From: Bacteroidia bacterium
Lineage (GTDB): Bacteria > Bacteroidota > Bacteroidia > M30B66
NCBI GenBank assembly: GCA_018401705.1
Contig: JAGYKL010000004.1
Span: 37,810 to 101,809 of the forward strand
DNA: 64,000 nucleotides
Direction: 5' to 3'
Below, one piece after another: positions 21,026 to 30,616 of this stretch (position 1 is the stretch's first letter; every line of letters starts with the position of its first letter). The position numbers and the translations under genes were made by a program. Under the pieces are notes generated by a model. It saw only the letters and a list, made by a program, of their open reading frames with translations, had not been told where the DNA came from and searched no databases.

Positions 21026-21540
21026 ACCATGTTTTTTATTGCGAATTACCAGAAGTTACATTTGAGTTAAACCCTTGCGGATTTTATATTTTATTGATTA
21101 ATGTAAACCAGGGACCTCCTCATTTAGCAATTGTTTTCTGTAATAGATATTATTCGGTAACAATAAATTCAGTAAGCCTGGGGGTCGACTTTCAGCCAAA
21201 ATATAACTCACTTTTAAGGAAAAATTTACCATTGCTTTTTTTGGAAATTGATCAACTTTCTAGCCGAGAAGTTATTCTTACTAAACTAAATAATGTTTTT
21301 GGATTAATTTCTCCCCTGTTGGGGGATGGTACCACTTGTCTTGCTCCAATCAAAAGAAGTTTTGAGCAAATTTTTGCATTGCATTCTGAAGCAATCCTGA
21401 TATCAGATTTATTGAAAGAGCTTCAACAATTAACTTTGATTAAGAACGTGGGTTCACCTAATCTGAATTCCGGCAATTTTCAATTAAAGCCTTACAGCAT
21501 TCAAGATGTTGAAAGACACATCAACTCTCTTTTGAAATAA
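21022..21540 (+). CDS. hypothetical cytoplasmic protein
   Basis: 172-aa ORF. Its ATGA overlaps the dapF stop. No family recognised. Confidence 0.35.
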   Translation: MNHVFYCELPEVTFELNPCGFYILLINVNQGPPHLAIVFCNRYYSVTINSVSLGVDFQPKYNSLLRKNLPLLFLEIDQLSSREVILTKLNNVFGLISPLLGDGTTCLAPIKRSFEQIFALHSEAILISDLLKELQQLTLIKNVGSPNLNSGNFQLKPYSIQDVERHINSLLK

Positions 21541-21590
21541 ATTTCTCTCTTACCTGTAACTTTTTTCAATTACTTTCACCTTAAGGTGAA

Positions 21591-24500
21591 TTGAAGAATC
21601 TCGTTATGCTAAAAAGTTACTTTGCTCTATTGTTTGTTTTCATTAGCGTTACTCTTTTGTCGCAAGAGTCTCTCCAACCTCCTACCGCCCAAAAAAGACC
21701 TGTTTGTGATACAATTCATGGAGATATAAGATGTGATGAATATCAATGGATGCGTCAAAAGAATTCTCCTGAAGTAATAAATCACTTATATGCCGAAAAT
21801 GGGTATGCCGAGAGGTACATGAAGCAACATAGTCTTTTAATTAAGAAGATTTATGAAGAAGTTAAAGGAAAGATTGTTGAAGATATTCAGTCAGAACCAT
21901 CAAGGTCAAAAAAGCACCTTTATTATACTCGCTACGAAAAAGGAAAAGAGTATCCAAAATATTTCAGAAAAGCTGATACTCTCAATGCTCCAGAAATATT
22001 ACTCTTAGACATAGATTCTTTGGCAAAGAATTTTGCGAATTTCAACTTAAGCTCTTTGAGCATTAGTCCATCAAATGAAAGATTACTTTATGGTATTGAT
22101 ACCAAAGGCGACAGGCTGATGGATGTTTACTTCAAAGCGATTAATAGTGAAGAAATTTATCAAGACACCATTAAGCAAATCACAGGTATTTGCTGGTTTG
22201 GAAACGATGAGGTGATTTATACCATTCCTGAAAAAGACAGTAAAAGATCATTTAAAGCCTATAAACACAAGCTTAATACTCCTAAATCGGAGGATATTCT
22301 TATAGCATTCGAACAAGACCCGGTTTTTCAATTAAGCTTTTCAAGATCGAGCTCTGAGCGTTTTGTTTTTATGGGATCTACAAGCACTCTCAGCAGTGAG
22401 TTTAGCTTTTTCGATTTTGAGAATCCAGGCAAAGGCTTTCAGCTAATTGAACCGAGAAAACCAAACCATGTTTATTCTCCATCCCATATTGATGGTGAAA
22501 GTTTTATTGTAAATACTGATTTTGAAGCACCTAACGGAAAGCTAATGTTGGCTCCTGTTAATAACCCTTCTCAATCAAATTGGCAACAATTTCTTCCTCA
22601 TCGAGATGATGTTCTTTTGTCTGATTATGCAATTTATGGCGATTATTTAATTGTGGTTGAGCAATTTGATGCAAGAGAAAGATTAGTGAAAATTAATAGA
22701 AAGAACGGCCAACGAGATACAATAGAACTTCCTCTCGAACCTTCTTCTGTAGGTCTGTCATCCTATTATGAGCATGATGAAGGAAAATTTAGGTATAGTT
22801 TTACATCAATGAAACATCCAGGTGAAACCTGGGAAGTCGATTTAACTTCAGGTGAGAGGAAATTTATTCATCGAGATACAATTAACGGTAATTATAACCC
22901 AGCTGACTACGTTAGTGAAAGGATATATGCTATTTCGAAGGATGGAGAGTCGATTCCGCTAACACTCTTGTATAAGAAGGGGCTTAAAAAAGATGGTGCA
23001 AATCCATTGTGGATTAATGCTTACGGTTCATATGGAAACTCTTCTTTACCAGGTTTCTCTATCTCAAGCATTAGCTTAGCCGACCGTGGTTTTGTTGTTG
23101 CAACAGCTCATGTTAGAGGAGGGAGTGATTGTGGTAGGTATTGGTATGACAACGGGAAACTCTTAAAGAAGAAGAATACCTTTTACGATTTAATAGCTTG
23201 TGCAGAAAAGCTCATTAGCGATAATTATTCTAAAGCAGATAAAATAGTTGTTTCGGGTGGAAGTGCAGGTGGTTTATTAGTGGGAGCTGTTATGAATATG
23301 CGTCCTGATTTATTTGGTGCTGCAATCGCAAATGTGCCTTTTGTTGATGTGATCAACACAATGCTAGATTCATCATTGCCTTTAACTACTTTCGAATATG
23401 ATGAGTGGGGAAATCCTAATGATTCAGTTTATTACCATTACATCAAGTCTTATGCGCCTTACGAGAATGTAAAGGCTATGAACTATCCACCAATTCTTGC
23501 TACAGCAGGATATAATGATTCTCAAGTGCCTTATTGGGAGCCAGCTAAATGGGTTTCCAGACTTAGGTCTTTAAAAACAGATTCAAATGTTGTCTTATTT
23601 AAAACTAATATGGATGCAGGTCATGGTGGAAGCTCAGGTAGATATGGGCGACTAAAGGATATGGCCTTCGATTATGCTTTTGCCTTTCAGGCGATAGGTT
23701 TAGAAGAAAATTACATAGTTATTAATGGTACTACAAAAGATTCTGAAGCTAATATCTTACCTTTTGTAAACGTTTATATTGAAGGCACAACACAAGCAAC
23801 TGCAAGTAATGAAAACGGAAGGTTTTCCTTGGAAATAAAAAAAGGAGATAAGTTAAATATTGTATTTTCTTCGATTGGTTTTAAGAAGGTAGTAATTCCG
23901 ATTACAATAAATACACCTCTTGATAATTTAGATGTTCTTCTTCAAGCCGAGAATTACCAGATAAAGACATTTGAAGTGCGAGCAGATGCAAAAGATCCAG
24001 CTTATGCTGTGATGAAAAAAGCTATAGAAAAAAGGAAGTTTCATTTAGAACAAGTTGATTCATATTCATCTGATATTTATATTAAAGGCGCTGTAAGATT
24101 GGATAAGATTCCTGAGAAACTACCTTTCTTTATTTCTAAATCACAAATGCCTGATTCAAGTGATTTGGGCTTGGTTTATTTATCCGAATCGGTGGCACGG
24201 TATCATGAAAAAAAGCCTGATTTAGTTAAGGAAGAAATGATGGCATCGAAAGTGGCTGGACTTAAACAAGGTTTTAGCTGGAATCGAGTTTCCGATGTAT
24301 TGATGAATTTTTACAAAAACCTTGTAGATATAGCATACTATTCTGACAGAGGTTTTGTATCTCCAGTTTCAGAATCAGCAATGTTCTATTACAAGTACAA
24401 AATGATTGGCACTTTCGTTGAAAATGGTCTGACAATCAATCGTATTTCTATTGAACCGCGCCGAAAGTTTGATCCATGCTTTCGTGGGGAAATTTTCATA

Positions 24501-26141
24501 GTTGATGATTTGTGGAATATCCACAGCCTCGATTTGCAATTGACAAAAGATGCTCAAATTGAGTTTGTTGATACTCTCTTTATTAGACAAGAGTATGTTG
24601 CTGTTGAAGATAATATTTGGATGCCATTAACTCTTCAGCTAATGAGTCACATTAGCGTTTTTGGCTTTTCTGCAACCGATAAGTCTATTGGCGTTTTTTC
24701 CAACTATAAAATTAATCCCCCTTATGATAAGAGGTTCTTTGGAAACGAAATTTTTAAAATCGAAGAAAAAGCAAATCAAAAAGACACTGTTTTCTGGGAA
24801 GATACAAGACCTGTGACCTTAACCGAGGAGGAGATTGAGAATTATCGAAAGGCCGATAGTACTGAACAGGTTCAGTCTTCTAAACCTTATCTTGACTCAC
24901 TTGACAGAGTAACGAATAAAATAGGCATAGGAGATGTCCTTTTTGGCGGAATTGATTTTTCGAATTCATTTGAAAAGAAGTTCTGGCGAGTAAGTCCACT
25001 AATTACCATGGCATCCTTTAATGTTGTGGAGGGTTTATATCTCAATCCTGAATTAGTTCGAAGAATTAATCCCGAAAACAATGAAATATCCATTTTTAAA
25101 GCTTCAGTTCGTTATGGGTTTTCTGACTTTAGATACAAACCTTCAGCATCATATTTCAAGTTAACAAATCCTTCAAATTTTAATTGGTGGTATATTAAAG
25201 GAGGAAGAATGATGTCCCAAATAAATGGTGATGATCCTATTCAGCCAATAGTTAATGCAGGATACACGCTGCTTGATAAGCGCAATTTGATTAGATTATA
25301 TGAGAAAACGGGTCTGGAAATCATTTGGAACAAAGAGCTATTTAATGGGCTAATGTTTCAGGGCGCTGCTTCTTGGTTTCAACGTATAATTCCAAATAAT
25401 AAAAGCGATTTTTCTTTCAGTGATAAGAATGATGCTTATTCCTTAAATAGAGATATAGTTGATCTAAATGATAAAATTGATAATTATGAAAGCACGTATG
25501 CCGGAGTAAACATAAAGATGAGCTACCGCATTAAACAGAAATATGAAACGCGTGGAAACAGGAAAATAATTAGAGGTTCAAAATGGCCTTTACTTACTGT
25601 TGAGTATGAACAAGCGTTAAGTGGAATTGCTGGAAGCGATGTGAAATTCTCTCGAATGGAGTTCGCGGTTTCCGATCGTTTAGATCTTGGTTTATTAGGT
25701 AATTTCAGTTACAAAGTAATTGGAGGTACTTTTCTAGATAATTCTAATATGACCTTTATTGATTACCGACATTTTAATGGGAATGAGACTTTCTTTTTGC
25801 GCAATTTTGGTTCTGAAACACCTTATAATATTTTCAGAAATGGATTAAATAGATTCAATGCTTTGCCATATTATTCTTCAAGTACTAATGGGGCTTTCGC
25901 CCAGTTTCATATTGAGCAAGACTTTAGTAACTGGCTAACAAATAAAATCCCACTGCTCAGATTAGCAAGGTTGCAAACTCTAATTGGCTCAAATATTCTT
26001 TGGAGAGAGTCTCAAGATATTTACACTGAATTTTATCTTGGAATTAACAACATTCTTAAAGCATTCAGAATAGATTTTGTGAGTCAATACACCCCTGGCA
26101 AGGCAATAAAGCCTTTAGTAAGAATCGGAATAGACTTTTAA
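21591..26141 (+). CDS. fusion protein: S9A prolyl-oligopeptidase/oligopeptidase-B-like peptidase (aa 1-~700) fused in frame to a CarbopepD_reg + DUF5686-like module (aa ~705-1516)
   Basis: Signal peptide. The S9 nucleophile elbow GGSAGGLLVGAV and the C-terminal MDAGHGG...AFDYAFAFQAIGL are as in PtrB. With no stop, the reading frame continues into NYIVINGTTKD...LPFVNVYIEGTT, a carboxypeptidase-regulatory-like start, and then about 800 aa of a DUF5686-type protein. Confidence 0.7.
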   Translation: MKNLVMLKSYFALLFVFISVTLLSQESLQPPTAQKRPVCDTIHGDIRCDEYQWMRQKNSPEVINHLYAENGYAERYMKQHSLLIKKIYEEVKGKIVEDIQSEPSRSKKHLYYTRYEKGKEYPKYFRKADTLNAPEILLLDIDSLAKNFANFNLSSLSISPSNERLLYGIDTKGDRLMDVYFKAINSEEIYQDTIKQITGICWFGNDEVIYTIPEKDSKRSFKAYKHKLNTPKSEDILIAFEQDPVFQLSFSRSSSERFVFMGSTSTLSSEFSFFDFENPGKGFQLIEPRKPNHVYSPSHIDGESFIVNTDFEAPNGKLMLAPVNNPSQSNWQQFLPHRDDVLLSDYAIYGDYLIVVEQFDARERLVKINRKNGQRDTIELPLEPSSVGLSSYYEHDEGKFRYSFTSMKHPGETWEVDLTSGERKFIHRDTINGNYNPADYVSERIYAISKDGESIPLTLLYKKGLKKDGANPLWINAYGSYGNSSLPGFSISSISLADRGFVVATAHVRGGSDCGRYWYDNGKLLKKKNTFYDLIACAEKLISDNYSKADKIVVSGGSAGGLLVGAVMNMRPDLFGAAIANVPFVDVINTMLDSSLPLTTFEYDEWGNPNDSVYYHYIKSYAPYENVKAMNYPPILATAGYNDSQVPYWEPAKWVSRLRSLKTDSNVVLFKTNMDAGHGGSSGRYGRLKDMAFDYAFAFQAIGLEENYIVINGTTKDSEANILPFVNVYIEGTTQATASNENGRFSLEIKKGDKLNIVFSSIGFKKVVIPITINTPLDNLDVLLQAENYQIKTFEVRADAKDPAYAVMKKAIEKRKFHLEQVDSYSSDIYIKGAVRLDKIPEKLPFFISKSQMPDSSDLGLVYLSESVARYHEKKPDLVKEEMMASKVAGLKQGFSWNRVSDVLMNFYKNLVDIAYYSDRGFVSPVSESAMFYYKYKMIGTFVENGLTINRISIEPRRKFDPCFRGEIFIVDDLWNIHSLDLQLTKDAQIEFVDTLFIRQEYVAVEDNIWMPLTLQLMSHISVFGFSATDKSIGVFSNYKINPPYDKRFFGNEIFKIEEKANQKDTVFWEDTRPVTLTEEEIENYRKADSTEQVQSSKPYLDSLDRVTNKIGIGDVLFGGIDFSNSFEKKFWRVSPLITMASFNVVEGLYLNPELVRRINPENNEISIFKASVRYGFSDFRYKPSASYFKLTNPSNFNWWYIKGGRMMSQINGDDPIQPIVNAGYTLLDKRNLIRLYEKTGLEIIWNKELFNGLMFQGAASWFQRIIPNNKSDFSFSDKNDAYSLNRDIVDLNDKIDNYESTYAGVNIKMSYRIKQKYETRGNRKIIRGSKWPLLTVEYEQALSGIAGSDVKFSRMEFAVSDRLDLGLLGNFSYKVIGGTFLDNSNMTFIDYRHFNGNETFFLRNFGSETPYNIFRNGLNRFNALPYYSSSTNGAFAQFHIEQDFSNWLTNKIPLLRLARLQTLIGSNILWRESQDIYTEFYLGINNILKAFRIDFVSQYTPGKAIKPLVRIGIDF

Positions 26142-27527
26142 TTACTGAAGGAACTTCTTAATCCACTTGTTGAGCCTTAAGTAAGGAGGATATCTCAAGG
26201 TAATATCAGGGAAATAGCCTGATTTCATGATCGATTTTTTATGACTGAAAGTTTCGAATCCGGCCTTGCCATGATAATTGCCCATGCCACTGTATCCAAC
26301 TCCTTCTAGGGGCAATTCTGTATGCGCAAAATGAATCAACGGAATATTAATTCCACCACCTCCAAACCTTATGTTTTCTAAATAGAAGGTTTCCTTTTTG
26401 TTATTTTGAGTAAAAATGTAGCAAGCCAAGGGATATGGATTGACTTCGATAATTTCTAAAACTTCTTCCTTCGATGAGAAAGGTATTACTGGAAGAATTG
26501 GCCCAAAAATTTCATCCTTCATAACCTGTTCAGACAAGCTAACATAACTAAGAATTGTTGGTTCTATGTATAAATCAGCCTCGTCAACCTTCCCGCCTAA
26601 GGCAATTTTTCCATCATTTAAATAAGATTGGATTCTTCGAAAATGATTGGTATTTATTATTCGAGCATAGTCTTTAGAAAGTTGTGGATCATTACCGTAG
26701 AATTCGATTAAAGCAGATTTTAGTTCTGATAAAAATTCATCTTCAACAGAGTTGTCTACTAGCACATAATCAGGTGCGATACATGTTTGACCGGCATTCC
26801 AAAATTTGCCCCAAGCTATGCGCTTAGCTGCAACTTTTAGATTAGCATCTTTTTCAACTATGGCGGGACTTTTACCCCCTAATTCAAGAGTGACAGGGCT
26901 TAACGTTTTTGCTGCCATTCTCATAATCTCTTTTCCAACGGCAGGACTTCCGGTGAAGAATACATGATCGAAATGATGGTTCTCAATTAGCAATTGAACG
27001 TTTTGTTTGCCATCTCCTTCAACAACAGCTACGAATTCCTCATCAAACAGACTTTCAATAAACTTCTTTATAAACGCGGATGTATTTGATGAAATTTCTG
27101 AAGGCTTTATAATTACGCAATTTCCAGCGGCAATTGCGCTAATCAAAGGCGAGATGCACAGCATGAATGGATAATTCCATGGAGCAATAATTAACACCAA
27201 ACCTAATGGCTCTGTGATGATTTTACTGCTTGCAGGCCAATGAATTAATGGTGTGTCAATTGATTTGGCCATCATCCAATTTTGCAAGTGGCTAATGGTG
27301 AAATTCAATTCCATTTTGAGTGTCGAAATTTCACTTGAATAGCCTTCGAATTCAGGTTTTTTCAAATCTGCCTTTAGGCTTTGCAGAATTCCTTCTTCGT
27401 TTTCAGAAATAGCTTTTCTTAGCTTCAACAATTGACTATTTCTGAACTCGTAACTTCTTGTGGCTCCTGATTTGAAAAATCTTTGTTGTGATGCGAATAG
27501 TTCATCAATACGATTTACAGCAGCCAT
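26142..27527 (-). CDS. NAD(P)-dependent aldehyde dehydrogenase
   Basis: ELGGKSP glutamate motif. The catalytic Cys region GQTCIAPDY. About 460 aa. Confidence 0.85.
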   Translation of the reverse strand: MAAVNRIDELFASQQRFFKSGATRSYEFRNSQLLKLRKAISENEEGILQSLKADLKKPEFEGYSSEISTLKMELNFTISHLQNWMMAKSIDTPLIHWPASSKIITEPLGLVLIIAPWNYPFMLCISPLISAIAAGNCVIIKPSEISSNTSAFIKKFIESLFDEEFVAVVEGDGKQNVQLLIENHHFDHVFFTGSPAVGKEIMRMAAKTLSPVTLELGGKSPAIVEKDANLKVAAKRIAWGKFWNAGQTCIAPDYVLVDNSVEDEFLSELKSALIEFYGNDPQLSKDYARIINTNHFRRIQSYLNDGKIALGGKVDEADLYIEPTILSYVSLSEQVMKDEIFGPILPVIPFSSKEEVLEIIEVNPYPLACYIFTQNNKKETFYLENIRFGGGGINIPLIHFAHTELPLEGVGYSGMGNYHGKAGFETFSHKKSIMKSGYFPDITLRYPPYLRLNKWIKKFLQ

Positions 27528-27531
27528 GGTT

Positions 27532-29088
27532 TTAGTTTAAGAATTCTACAAGAGCGTCTGCTACGCGTTGACCGTCCATTGCCGCAGAAACTATTCCGCC
27601 GGCATAGCCGGCTCCTTCACCACAAGGGAAAAGTCCTTTGATTTGCTCGTGTTGCATAGTCAGGTTGTTTCTTGGTATACGAACAGGCGTTGAGGTTCTT
27701 GATTCAACTGCATGAAGAATTGCATCATTTGTAAAATATCCTTTCATTTTCTTTCCAAATTGAGGGAATGCCGATTTTAATCTTTGGGATACTTCCGACG
27801 GAAGGATGTCATGTAAATTTAAGGAGCTAATACCTGGTTGATAAGAGCTTTTTCCTAATTGAGAACTTACTTGATTATTACAGAAATCGACCATTCTTTG
27901 GGCCGGAACTGTTTGCTTTCCTCCCGCCGCAGAACAGGCCAGTTGTTCAATTTGCTTTTGAAATTCCAGGCCGGCTAGTGGTCCATATTTTTTGTAAGCG
28001 AGAATATCTTGTTGCTGGATTTCCACGACAATACCTGAATTAGCAAAAGGATTGTTTCTTTTTGATGGAGACCAGCCATTTGTTACAACTTCTCCTGGGG
28101 CAGTTGCACATGGTGCAATAATTCCGCCCGGACACATGCAAAATGAATATACCCCTCTGTTTTCAACTTGTTCAACAAGCGAGTAAGAAGCAGGAGGTAA
28201 ATATTCGCCGCGATAGTCGCAGTGGTACTGAATTTTGTCAATTAGTTCTTGAGGATGTTCAGCGCGCACACCTAGAGCAAATGGCTTGAACTCAAGATAA
28301 ATATTCTTGCTATGCAATAGCTTGTAAATGTCTCTAGCTGAATGACCTGTAGCCAGTATGAGTGCTTTGCTTTTTATTTCAGCTCCGCTGGAAAGTTTTA
28401 CACCTGCAATGCTTGAATTTTGTATGATTAAGTCAATCATTTTAGTTTCAAAATGGACTTCTCCCCCAAAATGTCGGATAGTTTCTCTCATAGAAACTAT
28501 GATTCCAGGTAGCTTATTTGTTCCAATGTGAGGATGTGTATCAATAAGGATTTGTTCAACGGCGCCATGCGCGAAGAATGTATCCAAAACACCATCAATA
28601 CTTCCACGCTTATGAGAGCGTGTATAAAGCTTGCCATCGGAATAAGTTCCAGCACCTCCTTCTCCAAAGCAGTAATTGGATTCAGGATTAACAATATGTT
28701 CTTTATTGATTGATGCTAAATCACGCCTACGGCTTCTAACATCCTTACCTCGTTCAATAATGATAGGTTTTATTCCTTTTTCAATCAGGCGCAGAGCAGC
28801 AAATAATCCTGCGGGTCCAGCTCCTACAATAATCGCTTCAGGAGCATTGTGAACATCTCGATATTCTATCCCACGAAGTGGTTTAGGATTAAATTCTTCG
28901 TCAACATATACATCTGCAATAACATCAACTTTTACTTCTCGGCTTCTGCCATCAACAGAACGTCTCTTAAGTTGAATTGTAAGTGAGGCTTCGGGGCTTA
29001 ATTGTAAATGCCTTCTTACAAATTGTTCTAAATATTCTTGGCTGAAGCCCTCTCGGGGCGACAGTCTGAACTTCATTTCCTGAATCAT
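27532..29088 (-). CDS. FAD-dependent oxidoreductase (NAD(FAD)-utilising dehydrogenase, COG2509-like)
   Basis: Dinucleotide-binding motif IIVGAGPAGLFAALRL. Length 518 aa. Confidence 0.7.
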   Translation of the reverse strand: MIQEMKFRLSPREGFSQEYLEQFVRRHLQLSPEASLTIQLKRRSVDGRSREVKVDVIADVYVDEEFNPKPLRGIEYRDVHNAPEAIIVGAGPAGLFAALRLIEKGIKPIIIERGKDVRSRRRDLASINKEHIVNPESNYCFGEGGAGTYSDGKLYTRSHKRGSIDGVLDTFFAHGAVEQILIDTHPHIGTNKLPGIIVSMRETIRHFGGEVHFETKMIDLIIQNSSIAGVKLSSGAEIKSKALILATGHSARDIYKLLHSKNIYLEFKPFALGVRAEHPQELIDKIQYHCDYRGEYLPPASYSLVEQVENRGVYSFCMCPGGIIAPCATAPGEVVTNGWSPSKRNNPFANSGIVVEIQQQDILAYKKYGPLAGLEFQKQIEQLACSAAGGKQTVPAQRMVDFCNNQVSSQLGKSSYQPGISSLNLHDILPSEVSQRLKSAFPQFGKKMKGYFTNDAILHAVESRTSTPVRIPRNNLTMQHEQIKGLFPCGEGAGYAGGIVSAAMDGQRVADALVEFLN

Positions 29089-29091
29089 AGA

Positions 29092-29835
29092 TTATTCAAA
29101 GGTAAACGAAAGATAGAATGCTTTTGAGTGAATTGCGCTGAGGCCATCGGTATAAATATTCCCATCTTTCACAAGTAGATTGTTTAAGCCGTAGGCCATT
29201 TTTACTTCAGGTGTAAATTTGAAATATTGAGAATAAAGGTCAATGCCAAAGCCTATCTCATAATTGAAATCATTTCTTTTTAACTTTAGAATTCTTTCAC
29301 CTTGATCATCAACTTTATCCTGAGAAGCCAGGTCTATTACAGGCTTTATTCCTCCAATAATATAAGCTCTGCCATTATTTAATCGAGCTGATTTAAACTT
29401 CAATAAAAGAGGGAATTCAAGCAAGGTAGATTCTACACGCTTGGGTCTCACAAACATAGAATCCTGCGAAGGAAGGGCAATTGAATAGTTTAAAAGGCGC
29501 TCTCCAAATGACAATGTTGGTAAAAACCTTAAATCAAAATTATCGCCTAAATGCAAGTTAGAAACAATACCAATTCCGAAGCCCAGTGCAGATTGAGGCT
29601 CAACAATTAGTAGTGAGTCTAGCAAACGCATATCTTCAATTGGAGTAGGGGTAAAGGTGAATGAATTAACTCCGAGAAGAAATCCAAAATGAATGGTTTG
29701 TTTATCGTAGTTTGGAAGATTGAGAACCTTTCTCTTTTGCGCATTTACAGGCAAAGCAGTAACTATTGCCAGCAAAACTGGCAGGAACAAAATTAATCTA
29801 CTTGGTTTCAAACTTCTAGTAACTGCTATCTTCAA
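29092..29835 (-). CDS. PorT/SprT-like outer-membrane beta-barrel protein (T9SS-associated), putative
   Basis: Signal peptide. About 245 aa. Alternating-hydrophobic beta-strand pattern. Adjacent to ubiE, which is where PorT genes sit in Bacteroidota. Confidence 0.45.
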   Translation of the reverse strand: MKIAVTRSLKPSRLILFLPVLLAIVTALPVNAQKRKVLNLPNYDKQTIHFGFLLGVNSFTFTPTPIEDMRLLDSLLIVEPQSALGFGIGIVSNLHLGDNFDLRFLPTLSFGERLLNYSIALPSQDSMFVRPKRVESTLLEFPLLLKFKSARLNNGRAYIIGGIKPVIDLASQDKVDDQGERILKLKRNDFNYEIGFGIDLYSQYFKFTPEVKMAYGLNNLLVKDGNIYTDGLSAIHSKAFYLSFTFE

Positions 29836-29851
29836 CGCAATTGAATTCAGT

Positions 29852-30616
29852 TTATTTTACACCTGTGTACAGGCTCACGATGCCAAGGGTTACGCGTTTC
29901 GCTTTCATTTTGGCAAAACCACAGTCAGTAGCAATCTTCGTAAACGATTGTCCTTCAGGGAATGCTTTAACAGATTCGTATAAATATTTATATGCCGAAT
30001 AATCTTTAGATACCAATTTGCCCCACCAGGGGCAAAAGTATTTGAAATACATATCATACACATGTTTTACGCCAAAAAGTTTAGGTCTTGAAAATTCAAG
30101 AATCACAAGTTTGCCTCCTGGTTTCAAAACACGATTTATTTCAAGAAGGCCTTTTGCAAGATCTTCAAAGTTTCTAACGCCAAATGCTACAGTAACTGCA
30201 TCGAAGGAATTGTCATTGTAAACCATATTTTCTGAATCACCTTTCTCAAGTTTGATAAGATGATTTAGATTTTTCTTTGCCACCTTTTTTCTTCCAATAC
30301 CTAGCATGCCTTCTGAAATGTCCATGCCTATAATTGATGCAGGCTTTAACGAAGCTGCTTCAATGGCAACATCAGCGGTTCCAGTTGCTACATCAAGAAT
30401 AACAGCATTTTTTAAATCCTTGAGTTGCTTCATCATTATCTTCCGCCAGATAACGTCAATTCCTAATGATAGTGACCGGTTTAGAAAGTCGTAATTGTCA
30501 GAAATGTTATCAAACATTTGTTCAACTTGCTCTTTTTTTCCGGATTCGGGGTTTTGATATGGAGTTACATTCATCTTGGATGGAGGAACAGAAACAGAGC
30601 TTAAATGTTCGTTCAT
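29852..30616 (-). CDS. ubiE: demethylmenaquinone/ubiquinone C-methyltransferase
   Basis: N-terminal MFDNISDNYDFLNRSLSLGIDVIWRK. SAM-binding motif ILDVATGTAD. Confidence 0.85.
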   Translation of the reverse strand: MNEHLSSVSVPPSKMNVTPYQNPESGKKEQVEQMFDNISDNYDFLNRSLSLGIDVIWRKIMMKQLKDLKNAVILDVATGTADVAIEAASLKPASIIGMDISEGMLGIGRKKVAKKNLNHLIKLEKGDSENMVYNDNSFDAVTVAFGVRNFEDLAKGLLEINRVLKPGGKLVILEFSRPKLFGVKHVYDMYFKYFCPWWGKLVSKDYSAYKYLYESVKAFPEGQSFTKIATDCGFAKMKAKRVTLGIVSLYTGVK

